From the NCBI GenBank assembly GCA_904397845.1, contig CAJFOX010000032.1, forward strand, positions 130-64,129: 64,000 nucleotides of DNA, read 5' to 3'. Origin of the DNA: an uncultured Oscillospiraceae bacterium. GTDB taxonomy: Bacteria; Bacillota; Clostridia; Oscillospirales; Ruminococcaceae. How positions within the stretch are numbered: the stretch's first letter is position 1; every line of letters starts with the position of its first letter. A program made the position numbers and the translations under genes. The notes under the pieces were generated by a model. It searched no databases. It was given only the letters and a program-made list of their open reading frames with translations, and was not told where the DNA came from. Below, piece after piece: positions 48,222-57,590 of the stretch.

Positions 48222-49052
48222 TCAGCCAAAATAGGGGCGCAAGGCATTCATGGATTTTTCCATGGCCGGACTGGGATCGTTATAATATTCGGCAGAGGTC
48301 AGCTCTAATGTCATATAGCGATCATAACCCGCCTGCTCAATCTCGAGGATGTATTGATCCAGCGGAAAGATGCCGTCTCCCCAGGCAAGATGGCCGGCGG
48401 GCCGGCCATCGATCAGATGGATATGCCACAAATCATCCCCCAATTCCCGGGCATATTGGGCAATGGATTCTCCGGCGTAGTACATGGGACTGGTGTCCAG
48501 CATGCCCTTCAGAGAAGGAGATCCCACTTCCCGAAGCGCTTTCTTCAGGCTGGGCAGATCGGTGACCAGGTTGGTCTCATCCGTGCGGATCGGTTCCAGC
48601 ACCAGCACGATCCCCTCCTTTTCCGCCTTGCGGGAAAGCTGGCCCAGGCTGTCGATCATCCTGGCCCAGGCGTGTTCCTTCGGCTCGTCGAAGTATCCGT
48701 AGCCTGAGGTCAAAAGCATCTGGCCGCTACCCAGGTAGGAGCAGATCTCAATCTGGCGAATCAGACTCTGGATGGAACGCCGGCGAGCTGTTTCGCTGTG
48801 ATAAGAAATATTGACGGGATAGCTGCACTGGTCAGGCGTATAGCAGATGACCTTCAGATGGTGATCCGCAATTTTCTGCCGGATGGAAGCCATGTCGCCG
48901 GCAGACAGATCCGGCACATAGAAATGGGGCGCGTTAGGCAGCACTTCGATGGACTCATATCCCAACCGCTCCATTGCGTTGAGAAAATAATCAAAGGAAT
49001 AAAATTTGTAGACTAGGTTCATACCGGCGATCTGCCATTTTCGTATTTTCAC
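48222..49052 (-). CDS. sugar phosphate isomerase/epimerase (xylose-isomerase-like TIM barrel)
   Basis: GTG start after AAGGAGGG. GYESIEV...HHLKVICYTP...IVLVLEP...HIHLIDG is the AP_endonuc_2 fold pattern. Confidence 0.8.
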   Translation of the reverse strand: MKIRKWQIAGMNLVYKFYSFDYFLNAMERLGYESIEVLPNAPHFYVPDLSAGDMASIRQKIADHHLKVICYTPDQCSYPVNISYHSETARRRSIQSLIRQIEICSYLGSGQMLLTSGYGYFDEPKEHAWARMIDSLGQLSRKAEKEGIVLVLEPIRTDETNLVTDLPSLKKALREVGSPSLKGMLDTSPMYYAGESIAQYARELGDDLWHIHLIDGRPAGHLAWGDGIFPLDQYILEIEQAGYDRYMTLELTSAEYYNDPSPAMEKSMNALRPYFG

Positions 49053-49073
49053 AGGGATCCCTCCTTTATAAAG

Positions 49074-50591
49074 TCACAAAAGACCGTGCATCAGCTCTTT
49101 GGTGGCCTCATACAGCCGCTGAAATACCGGTTTTCCTTTTTGATAAACAGCGTGGTTTTCCGGAATGGGTCGGATCGTCCGGGAGATTCGAATTTTTTCA
49201 CCAAGAGCTTCGAGACTGTCATAACAACCGCAGGCCAAGGCGCAGAGGATGGCGTCGCCATAACAGGCGCCAACCGTTACTTCCGGGACGAAAATCTCCC
49301 GGTTCAGCATATCGGCGATGATCTGCAGCCACAATGGATTTTTGGCCCCGCCGCCCACGGCCATTATTTTATGCACTGGCAGGCGGTTTTCCGCCAGCAG
49401 GTCAAAATGCTGGGCGATAGAGTAGCCGATGCCCTCCAGTGCCGACCGGTATAAATGCGCCCGGGTATGGTGGGGCTGCAGGCCGAAGATCATGCCTTTG
49501 GCCTGCGGATCATGAATAGGGGTGCGTTCCCCGGCAAAATAGGGAAGGGTAAAAAGCCCGCCGCTGCCAGCGGGAACGGAGGCCGCGATTTGAGCCATGG
49601 CGGCATAGGCATTTTCGCCCCCGGCCTCCTCCTTCGCCAACAGTACCGGGAACAGTTGATCACGGTACCATTTGGTCAAAGTGCCGCCGTTGTTGGTGCC
49701 TGCGGCAAGACAATAGGTACCGGGAATCAGGTAAGGACCCGGCTGAATGCAACCGCCCGATGGGGAATGGCCCGCGTTATAAATGAAAAAGCAGGTAGAA
49801 CCCAGCTGGATCATGACGGCCCCGGGGGAGAAAACGCCGCAGGAAACGGATTCCGCTCCGGAATCCCCAGTGCCGGTGAGAACTTTGGTACCGGGCAGAA
49901 GGCCGGTTCGGGCGGCTGCTTCGGGCGTTACCGTCCCTATCACATCTGTGGCCAGGGTGACTTCCGCCAGCTGCTCTGGCCGGCAGAACAAGCTGCACTG
50001 TGTTTCGTTGATGCCGGTTTCATCATACAATGGCGCGAAGGAGCCGATTAGATATTTGTCGATACAGTAGCGCCCGGTCATTTTTGCTGTTAAAAAAGAA
50101 GAGGCGGTGAGGAACTTATGAGTTTTGAAGTAGACGTCCGGCAGGTGGTTTTTGATCCAGAGGATCTTGGGGGAGATGCTGGAGGATACCAACGGGCGGG
50201 AGAACACCTGTGCAAAACGGTCGCCGTAATAGGATTTGATCTGCTCAATTTCATCTTGAGCGCGGGAATCAATGCCGTACAGGATAGCCTTGCAGAGAGG
50301 GCGGCAGTGTTCGTCTACCGGAACACAATCGCAGCCCAGGGCGGACAGGCCCACGCACTCGATCTGTGCCGGATCCAGGCGGGATCGTTCCAGCAGCAGG
50401 CGAGAGATCTTACAAACATCGCCCCACCAAACTGCTTCTGCATCATGCTCGTACCAGCCGGGGCGCGGATTTTCCAGTCCATGCTTTTGCGAAGCCTGGC
50501 AGAGGATGCGGCAGTCCTTGTCGATTAGAACGCCTTTGCTTTCATAGGTGCCTACGTCGATACCCATAAAATACCGTTCTTCTTTGCCCAT
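49074..50591 (-). CDS. FGGY-family carbohydrate kinase
   Basis: MGIDVGTYESKGVLID...PGWYEHDAE...GTGDSGAE...AVGGGAKNPLWLQIIADM are FGGY N/C-domain motifs. Confidence 0.9.
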   Translation of the reverse strand: MGKEERYFMGIDVGTYESKGVLIDKDCRILCQASQKHGLENPRPGWYEHDAEAVWWGDVCKISRLLLERSRLDPAQIECVGLSALGCDCVPVDEHCRPLCKAILYGIDSRAQDEIEQIKSYYGDRFAQVFSRPLVSSSISPKILWIKNHLPDVYFKTHKFLTASSFLTAKMTGRYCIDKYLIGSFAPLYDETGINETQCSLFCRPEQLAEVTLATDVIGTVTPEAAARTGLLPGTKVLTGTGDSGAESVSCGVFSPGAVMIQLGSTCFFIYNAGHSPSGGCIQPGPYLIPGTYCLAAGTNNGGTLTKWYRDQLFPVLLAKEEAGGENAYAAMAQIAASVPAGSGGLFTLPYFAGERTPIHDPQAKGMIFGLQPHHTRAHLYRSALEGIGYSIAQHFDLLAENRLPVHKIMAVGGGAKNPLWLQIIADMLNREIFVPEVTVGACYGDAILCALACGCYDSLEALGEKIRISRTIRPIPENHAVYQKGKPVFQRLYEATKELMHGLL

Positions 50592-50595
50592 ACTA

Positions 50596-51399
50596 TCAAT
50601 CCTTTCGAAGGGCTTTTGCTTTTTGCATAAAGCGGGCTACCCGTTCTTCATCAATGCGCCCGGTGAACACGCCATCCTTTTTAAAGGCAGAACCTACAAA
50701 AGCCCCATCGGCTACGGAGAGGATTGCTTCACAGTTTTTTTCATTGCAGCCGGTTCCGCAGAAAACAGGGGTATTTCCCGCAACCTGTTTGACCTCAACG
50801 ATTTGAGAGACATCAGGCTGGCTGCCTGGTCCGGGGCCGGATACGACCAGGCATTCCGCGCGGCAGCCGCTGAGAAGGGACTTGGCTTTCTGGGCCAGTG
50901 GGCGGCTATCCATCGGCGTAGTACCCTCGCCGTTGATAAAATAGCATAATTTCAGATCGTCCATATCCAATTCCCGGCGCAGACGCAAGGTTCGGGCGAT
51001 ATTGCGCTGTTGCAGGCCGGTGTCACCGGCCCAGGCGCCGGTAAACAGGCAGCGGGTGAAAGAAGCGCCGGTAGCGGCGCATATTTCCACGCAGCCCTCG
51101 CCGTCAGCGATGGTTTCCACCCCATAGGGGACGGTGAACAGATAGCGGATTTCACCGAATATGCGGCACATGGCACCGAATACTGGTTTGGGGGTATCGG
51201 TGAAAAAAGGGCCGCTGAATTCATTGGTCATCAGCACGCCGTCTACTCCGCCTTTCTGCAACGCTTCCAGATCGCGTTTTGCATTTTCCACAACCCTCTC
51301 CATGGAACCTTCGTAAAAAGGGTCGCCAGGCAGTGGATCCAGGTGTAAAAGCCCGATAATCGGCTTGGAAGTTTGAAACAATTCGGTTGACCAACTCAT
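50596..51399 (-). CDS. BtpA/SgcQ-family TIM-barrel protein
   Basis: KPIIGLLHLDPLPGDPFYEGSMERVVENAKRDLEALQKGGVDGVLMTNEF matches the BtpA family N-terminus. Its stop is 4 nt before the kinase start. Confidence 0.8.
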   Translation of the reverse strand: MSWSTELFQTSKPIIGLLHLDPLPGDPFYEGSMERVVENAKRDLEALQKGGVDGVLMTNEFSGPFFTDTPKPVFGAMCRIFGEIRYLFTVPYGVETIADGEGCVEICAATGASFTRCLFTGAWAGDTGLQQRNIARTLRLRRELDMDDLKLCYFINGEGTTPMDSRPLAQKAKSLLSGCRAECLVVSGPGPGSQPDVSQIVEVKQVAGNTPVFCGTGCNEKNCEAILSVADGAFVGSAFKKDGVFTGRIDEERVARFMQKAKALRKD

Positions 51400-51656
51400 A
51401 AGACAGTCTCCTTCTATAAAATTTGTAGGGTAGCTGGCCCTTACACAAAAAAGTATATCACTGGAAAAAGGTTATCACAACGAAAAGAATCCATTTTTTT
51501 GTAGAAAAGCTTTTATTATTTTGCACGATGTACACAATTTTTAGGAAAATATCATTAAAATTTTGCCTATTAACAAATATATCGATCCAAAAGTGACCGT
51601 ACGAAGGATACGTTTCTATGGTATAATGAAAAAACAACGAAAAGGGAGGCTTTTTG

Positions 51657-52505
51657 ATGGAATACACGCTGGAAAAGGGAAGTTGGGAAAATATAAGTGA
51701 TGCGGTGCAGGTAGAAGAGGAAACGCTGCCCAACAGCTGTTATCTAAGGGATAACAGCGCCTATTTTTTAAATGATACAGTAGGGGATCTAACCATGGTC
51801 CGGGCCGGGGATGAACCGGTGGGGATTGGAAAGTTGTCGGTATTGCCGGATGGGTCCGGCTGGCTGGAGACTCTCCGGGTACGTCCCGCATGGCAGGGAC
51901 GTGGCGTTGGGAAAGCCATTTACGCCCGCTGGCTGGAAGAGGCACAATCGCTAGAGTGCCCGGCGATCCGGATGTTTACCGGCACCGGAAATGTCCGCAG
52001 CCGGGGGCTGGCAGAACGGTTTGGGCTGTCTTTGGCGGGGACCTACATCGGCGCCACAGCAAATCTTTTGACCCAGGAATATTGCGTCCCGCAGGGGTTT
52101 GAGCCGGTTCGGGATTTTCGTTTCGCCCGGGTGCTGCTGGAAAGCGGACGATGGGAAATGGAAGATTTTGTAGTGATGAACAATACCTTTTTCCGCTGTG
52201 GCGAGGATACCTGGCGTTACCTGTGGGAGCAGGGAATGGTCTTTGCAGACGAGCAATACAATTTTGTGGTTATTGGGGCCCGGATGCTGCGGCAAAGGGG
52301 ATTACATGTGGCTATGTACGGCGGCGATGGCGTCCGTTGCCTGAAGTTTGCCAAAGCGTACACCCAGCAGCAGGGGCTGCCGGCGGTGACGGTATCCTAT
52401 CCTCCCCAAAATAGCAGGATCCGCGCGGAACTGGAGAGAGAAGGCTTTGTGCATGATGCTTCCTGCCGGATCGTAATGGAACGGATTTTGGAAAGGAAGG
52501 GCTGA
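51657..52505 (+). CDS. GNAT-family N-acetyltransferase
   Basis: ATG 51657 lies 7 nt after AAGGGAGG. LRVRPAWQGRGVGKAIY is GNAT motif A. An extended -10 TGGTATAAT is at 51619-27. Confidence 0.8.
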   Translation: MEYTLEKGSWENISDAVQVEEETLPNSCYLRDNSAYFLNDTVGDLTMVRAGDEPVGIGKLSVLPDGSGWLETLRVRPAWQGRGVGKAIYARWLEEAQSLECPAIRMFTGTGNVRSRGLAERFGLSLAGTYIGATANLLTQEYCVPQGFEPVRDFRFARVLLESGRWEMEDFVVMNNTFFRCGEDTWRYLWEQGMVFADEQYNFVVIGARMLRQRGLHVAMYGGDGVRCLKFAKAYTQQQGLPAVTVSYPPQNSRIRAELEREGFVHDASCRIVMERILERKG

Positions 52506-52514
52506 AGAATCAAC

Positions 52515-53246
52515 ATGAAAGAAAATCGTTATGATGATGAGGAATTTTTTCAAAAATACAGCCAGATGAGCCGTTCCCAAAAAGGCTTATCTGGCGCGGG
52601 AGAATGGAGCACCTTAAAAAAACTGCTGCCGGATTTTGCGGGAAAACGGGTATTGGATTTGGGATGCGGATACGGCTGGCACTGCATTTACGCTGCGGAG
52701 CAGGGGGCCGCTTCCGTGATTGGAGTAGATCTTTCCGATCGGATGCTGTCGGTGGCGAGGGAAAAAACGAAGTGTCCGCAAGTACGGTATCAGCGGTGCG
52801 CCATCGAGGACATCGCTTTTTTGCCGGAAAGCTTTGATGTTGTGCTGAGCTCGTTGGCGTTGCATTATGTGGAATCTTTTGAGCAGGTAGCACAAAAGGT
52901 TGCTGGCTATCTGGTGCGCGGCGGAGATTTTGTTTTTTCAGTGGAGCATCCGGTGTTCACCGCCTATGGCTCTCAAGACTGGTTTTATTCTGACAGTGGG
53001 GAAATCCTTCATTTTCCGGTGGATCGCTATTATTATGAAGGGCCGCGTCAGGCAGTCTTTCTCGGAGAAAAGGTGACCAAGTACCACAAAACGCTGACAA
53101 CCTATTTGGATGGGCTGCTGCAGGCCGGATTTTCGATTGAACGGGTAGTGGAACCGCAGCCGCCGGAAGAAATGCGGGATCAGCCGGGGATGAAAGACGA
53201 AATGAGACGGCCGATGATGCTGATAATTGCGGCCAGGAAGAAATAA
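52515..53246 (+). CDS. class I SAM-dependent methyltransferase
   Basis: RVLDLGCGYGWH (motif I), VIGVDLS and FDVVLSSLALHYV are present. Confidence 0.88.
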   Translation: MKENRYDDEEFFQKYSQMSRSQKGLSGAGEWSTLKKLLPDFAGKRVLDLGCGYGWHCIYAAEQGAASVIGVDLSDRMLSVAREKTKCPQVRYQRCAIEDIAFLPESFDVVLSSLALHYVESFEQVAQKVAGYLVRGGDFVFSVEHPVFTAYGSQDWFYSDSGEILHFPVDRYYYEGPRQAVFLGEKVTKYHKTLTTYLDGLLQAGFSIERVVEPQPPEEMRDQPGMKDEMRRPMMLIIAARKK

Positions 53247-53277
53247 AAAAGGAACGGTGCTTTGCCGTTCCTTTTTT
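53246..53277. terminator. bidirectional terminator
   Basis: AAAAAGGAACGG-tgctttg-CCGTTCCTTTTTT. Confidence 0.8.
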
Positions 53278-53298
53278 ATCCTGGGGACCCGATGTGAG

Positions 53299-53838
53299 TT
53301 AGCAGCCCGGCTTTTTCACTTCAAAGAAGGATTGCTTGTACTTGCAAACGGGGCAGACCATTGGCGCAGTTTCTCCCTCGTAGATATAGCCGCAGTTACG
53401 GCAGATCCAGGAAACCTTGTCGCTTTTGCGAAATACGCTTCCATCCTGGATGTTTTGTTCCAGCATGCGGTAGCGCTCCTCATGGTCTTTTTCGATGGAG
53501 GCGATCATCTCCATTTTTTTGGCGATTTCCGTAAAGCCTTCTTCTTTGGCGACTTTGGCAAAAGAAGGGTACATGTCGCTCCATTCATAATGCTCCCCGC
53601 TGGCGGCCAGTTTCAGGTTTTCTTTGGTGTCAGCCATTTGTCCACCATGGAGGTATTCGTACCATTGCTGGGCATGGGCTTTCTCGTTGCGGGCAGTGGT
53701 TTCAAAAATCTGTGCCATTTCTTCGTATCCATCCTGCCGAGCCTTTTCGGCGTACAGCTGATACTTTACGGAAGCCTGGCTTTCTCCAGCCAGTGCGGCG
53801 ATCAGGTTTGCTTCGGTTTTGCTTCCTTCTAATTTCAT
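53299..53838 (-). CDS. rbr: rubrerythrin
   Basis: [26 protein letters not shown]...ARNEKAHAQ is a ferritin-like diiron domain. C-terminal [10 protein letters not shown]...CPVCK is a rubredoxin-type domain. Confidence 0.95.
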   Translation of the reverse strand: MKLEGSKTEANLIAALAGESQASVKYQLYAEKARQDGYEEMAQIFETTARNEKAHAQQWYEYLHGGQMADTKENLKLAASGEHYEWSDMYPSFAKVAKEEGFTEIAKKMEMIASIEKDHEERYRMLEQNIQDGSVFRKSDKVSWICRNCGYIYEGETAPMVCPVCKYKQSFFEVKKPGC

Positions 53839-53946
53839 GGGAATCTCTCCTTTCGGTTTGCCCCTAGTTTAGGATGAATGGGAAAAGAATATACAGCGCC
53901 GTATTGCATTTGGATAGGAAAAAGCGTATAATCAGGATAAACATTC

Positions 53947-53958
53947 TATAACGTTATA
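53947..53958. promoter_or_regulatory. perfect 12-bp palindrome TATAACGTTATA (Fur/PerR-box-like) in the rbr/MATE divergent region
   Basis: It is self-complementary and extends to 16 bp with one mismatch pair. It lies ~8-20 nt downstream of a TTGCAT-17-TATAAT promoter (53904-53932) facing the MATE gene, and ~110 nt upstream of the rbr start. Confidence 0.45.
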
Positions 53959-53972
53959 AAAGGAGGAATCGT

Positions 53973-55361
53973 ATGAGCGCATCGAAAGGAATTCGGGGAG
54001 ATATGACGGTCGGCAGCCCAATGCGGCTGATTTTGGCCTTTTCCATCCCATTGCTGTTGGGCAATGTACTGCAGCAGATGTACAACATGGTGGACAGCAT
54101 TGTAGTTGGCAACTATGTGGGAACGACGGCATTGGCGGCGGTTGGAACGGGCGCTCCGATTATCTATATGATGGTGGCGTTGTTTATGGGAATAGGAAAC
54201 GGCGCCGCAGTAATTATTTCCCAGTATTTTGGAGCCGGAAACTTAAAAAAGGTTTCGGAAACGGTGGATACGATTTATACGACAGCGATGATCGGTGCGC
54301 TGCCGGTAACGCTGCTGGGAATTATTTTTTCCGGGCCGTTGCTTCGGTTGATCAATACGCCGGATAATGCTTTTTCCGATGCCCGGCTGTATATGGTCAT
54401 TATCTTTATCGGGACTATTTTTTCTTTGGGGTACAACCTGAACAGCGCCATTATGCAGTCACTGGGCGACAGCAGGACGCCGTTGCTCTTGCTGGCGATT
54501 GCCTGTGTGCTGAACGTAGTGCTGGACCTTTGGTTTGTCATCTCGTTCCGCTGGGGAGTTGCGGGTGTTGCCATTGCAACCATTTTGGCACAGGCGATCT
54601 CCTGGATCTCGGGTATTTTTTTGATTAACCGGAAGTACCCGTACATCCATATCAACCTGCTGAAATTCTTTTTCGACAGGGAGCTGTTTCGAAAGATCAT
54701 CAAACTCGGCCTGCCCAACGGTCTGCAGCAGATGCTTTTTTCCGTGGGTACATTGGCGCTGCAAAGCCTAGTCAATGGGTATGGGTCCGATTTTATGGCC
54801 GGTTTTAGCGGCGCCAATAAAATTGATATGTTCGCCTTTTTCCCGGCACAGAGCTTTGGTATGGCGCTGACGACCTATGTGGGGCAGAACATTGGCGCGG
54901 GAAAAATGCACCGGGTGAAAGAAGGATTGCGCGCGACAATGGTAATGAGCGTTTTGTGCGGCATTGGTGCGATGGCGCTGGTGCTGGTTTACGGACCGAA
55001 TATGATGCGCCTGTTCAGCCAGGAAGCCGCCGTAATAGAAGCGGGAATGGATTATCTGCGCCCGGTTATGTATTGTTATTTACTGTTTGCGGTGATGAAT
55101 ACCGTCCTGTCCGTGCTGCGCGGTGCGGGAGACATGGTGTTCCCCATGATTACCAGCCTTTTGTCCTTGTGGATTATCCGGCTGCCGATGGCTTACCTGC
55201 TGGCGTATTTCTTTGGAAAAGAGTATCTCTTTTTCAGCTTTGGCGCCGGTTGGCTGATCGGTATGGTCATGGCGATCAGTTATTATTTTTCTGGCCGGTG
55301 GAAAAAGAAAGCGGTGGTTTCCCAGCAGGTGGAAGAAGAGTTGCAGGAAAAATATGAATAA
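53973..55361 (+). CDS. MATE-family efflux transporter (copy 3)
   Basis: AGGAGGA RBS. MRLILAFSIPLLLGNVLQQMYNMVDSIVVG is the MATE N-terminal motif. 12 TM-like. Confidence 0.9.
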   Translation: MSASKGIRGDMTVGSPMRLILAFSIPLLLGNVLQQMYNMVDSIVVGNYVGTTALAAVGTGAPIIYMMVALFMGIGNGAAVIISQYFGAGNLKKVSETVDTIYTTAMIGALPVTLLGIIFSGPLLRLINTPDNAFSDARLYMVIIFIGTIFSLGYNLNSAIMQSLGDSRTPLLLLAIACVLNVVLDLWFVISFRWGVAGVAIATILAQAISWISGIFLINRKYPYIHINLLKFFFDRELFRKIIKLGLPNGLQQMLFSVGTLALQSLVNGYGSDFMAGFSGANKIDMFAFFPAQSFGMALTTYVGQNIGAGKMHRVKEGLRATMVMSVLCGIGAMALVLVYGPNMMRLFSQEAAVIEAGMDYLRPVMYCYLLFAVMNTVLSVLRGAGDMVFPMITSLLSLWIIRLPMAYLLAYFFGKEYLFFSFGAGWLIGMVMAISYYFSGRWKKKAVVSQQVEEELQEKYE

Positions 55362-55446
55362 TTTGTTAAAATTTTATCTCCGTGCATGAATTTGCCTGAA
55401 AACGGTTACTTATAAGTCAGACTCTAAAAAATAAAGGAGATAAAAA

Positions 55447-56016
55447 ATGAAAAAAGTATTTGCATTTGTCCTTGCAGCACTAATGACTACCGCCTTGGCG
55501 GGCTGTGGGAATTCTAATTCTTCTTCCCAGGCGAGTTCTTCTCTGGCTTCAGAGGAGTCTGTTATGAGTTCCGCCGTGGAATCTTCCCAGGCGCAATCTG
55601 GTACCGCCGGCACCGGCATGAAAGATGGCAAAACAATGGATGACTTTATGGCGGCAATGAATGAGCTGTACAGCGAATTGACGCTGACGCCAATCGATGA
55701 TGACATGCTGAAAGACCTCTATATGGTCGATCCGGAAAATGTGGAGGACTATGTAGGCGAAATGTCGATGCTCAACGTGCAGGCATTTGATATCCTGGTA
55801 GTAAAAGCCAAGGAAGGCAAAGTGGAGGAAGTCAAAGCCTCTCTGGAAGAAAGAAAACAAAACCGGATATCAGAGTTTGAATTCTATCCGGTCAATAACA
55901 ATGATGTAAACACCAAAAATGCATTGGTCCTGACCTCCGGTGATTATGCGATCCTGGTGATCTGCGATAATTACGAAGAAGCGCAAAAAATTCTGGACGA
56001 GCATTTTACCTTCTAA
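55447..56016 (+). CDS. DUF4358-like lipoprotein
   Basis: MKKVFAFVLAALMTTALAGC has a lipobox. The body (LKDLYMVDPENVEDYVGEMSMLNVQAFDILVVKAKEGKVEEVK) resembles DUF4358. Confidence 0.65.
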   Translation: MKKVFAFVLAALMTTALAGCGNSNSSSQASSSLASEESVMSSAVESSQAQSGTAGTGMKDGKTMDDFMAAMNELYSELTLTPIDDDMLKDLYMVDPENVEDYVGEMSMLNVQAFDILVVKAKEGKVEEVKASLEERKQNRISEFEFYPVNNNDVNTKNALVLTSGDYAILVICDNYEEAQKILDEHFTF

Positions 56017-56046
56017 AAAACGGGGCGGTTTCGCCCCGTTTTTTGT
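56015..56046. terminator. bidirectional terminator
   Basis: AAAAAACGGGGCG-gttt-CGCCCCGTTTTTT. Confidence 0.85.
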
Positions 56047-56336
56047 TGTACGGAGTCGGCCGCTGTTGCAGTCTTTTTGGGCATGGAGGCTCCCTTGTCA
56101 GGCGAAAAGAATGATTTGCGTGAAGCCAAGAGAAAAAGCTTTCTGTGATTGCAAAACTGCTGGAGAAGATAGTGGTGCCAGTGGGTGAAAAGCGCCTTCT
56201 TTGCGGCCTCATACGCAGACGGGAGACAGCAAACGCCCAATCAAGCGATCATCTTTTTAAAAGAAAAACGCTGTATACCGGGAATCGGCATACAGCGTTT
56301 TGCAAGTTCTGTTGTCACTGAAATGAAAAATAAGGC

Positions 56337-56912
56337 TTATTCTGCTTTTTCCAAGGTCAGAGCCATGTATTCTGCAACTTCTTCTACGGAAGGCTCTACT
56401 TCTTCTCCCACATTGGTAGCGGTGATAACGACAATATAATCGTCAATCAGCGGATAAAACTGCGTCTGGGAAAATTTCATCCCACTGAGATAAGTGTCAT
56501 AAGAGACAACACATACGCTGCCAATAGGCGCCTCCAGCTCCTCTACGTTCAGGTTTTCCACTTTTTCAAACCCATTGGAAATCAGCTGGTCCTCTAAATC
56601 AGATTCCAAAGCGGCTTTCATATCCTTCATGCTGGCCGCTTTCTGGCCAGAGACATTCTGTACCAGGATGTTTACATTAGAGGTGCCGGCGGAAACATCC
56701 GCATCAGCCGGGATGTAAATAACGCTGCCCTGGCCAGTTACATCTTCCGTAGTGGTCCAATCGGCGGGAACCTCATAGGAAAAGCCACTGGCAGTACCGG
56801 AAGCGGTTTCCCACTCCGGGGCAGAAACGGTGACGGGGGTTTTGCTGCAGCCACTTAACAGTGCCACCAGCAACAAGCTTATTGCAAGAAACACGGAAAT
56901 TTGTTTTTTCAT
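56337..56912 (-). CDS. hypothetical lipoprotein
   Basis: Start placed at ATG 56912 (AAGGAAGGAAAGG upstream). MKKQISVFLAISLLLVALLSGC has a lipobox. No family recognised. Confidence 0.7.
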   Translation of the reverse strand: MKKQISVFLAISLLLVALLSGCSKTPVTVSAPEWETASGTASGFSYEVPADWTTTEDVTGQGSVIYIPADADVSAGTSNVNILVQNVSGQKAASMKDMKAALESDLEDQLISNGFEKVENLNVEELEAPIGSVCVVSYDTYLSGMKFSQTQFYPLIDDYIVVITATNVGEEVEPSVEEVAEYMALTLEKAE

Positions 56913-57035
56913 AATACCTTTCCTTCCTTTCACACCCCAAAAAGCGGGGCATTACAAAAATACCAGCGATAAACAGTATACCACCAAACGATTTACCGTC
57001 AAGGGCGATTTTTGCAAAAAAATGTAAAGACGCTT

Positions 57036-57488
57036 TTAGGTTACAGGATTTGCTTTGGCAGCATCCTCATTTTCGTCCGTAGCGCCGTCCTCTGTTTCAG
57101 GTTCATTGGCGTTCTCTTCGCCGCTTTCCTCCGGCTGATCCTCTTCCACGCCGTCAAGCTGCTCGTCTGCCGGTTCGATTTCTCCGCCGTCCAAGCCGGC
57201 GTCATCCATCGGCAATACGCCATTCGGGTCAACCATACCATCCATCCCGGAAGGAAGGAGGTCCTCGCCGCCGTTTTTGGGTTTCGGCTGATACAGGATA
57301 GCGAATACGATCAGGGCAATGGCAATCAAAACGCCCGCTAGAATAATAATCGATTGCTTCGGGGTAAAGATATGGGGCTTATCCGGATTGGGGTATTTGA
57401 TTCCCGCGACGATCCGCCCGATAAGAAGTCCAACGACTAGGCTGCCCAGCAGGCCGCCACCAATCCAGGCCCAGTTGATCCAGTTCAT
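57036..57488 (-). CDS. small membrane protein with a strongly acidic C-terminal tail
   Basis: Start placed at ATG 57488 (GAAGGAG upstream). Two hydrophobic spans are followed by DDAGLDGGEIEPADEQLDGVEEDQPEESGEENANEPETEDGATDENED. Confidence 0.55.
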   Translation of the reverse strand: MNWINWAWIGGGLLGSLVVGLLIGRIVAGIKYPNPDKPHIFTPKQSIIILAGVLIAIALIVFAILYQPKPKNGGEDLLPSGMDGMVDPNGVLPMDDAGLDGGEIEPADEQLDGVEEDQPEESGEENANEPETEDGATDENEDAAKANPVT

Positions 57489-57590
57489 ATGTAATACTCC
57501 TTCATCAAGATTTTTCAACACCCATACAGCAAACCCCGCATATGCGGGGTTTGTTACATCTTTATGCACAAATGAAAACAAAAATCCGCC

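Noticed and set aside
56013-56240. Minus-strand ORF whose last 23 codons (MPKKTATAADSVQQKTGRNRPVF, ATG 56084 after AAGGGAG) could be a micro-protein.
   Set aside because: Its C-terminus is encoded by the terminator hairpin itself and overlaps the DUF4358 stop. No conservation can be assessed here. Too weak to call.
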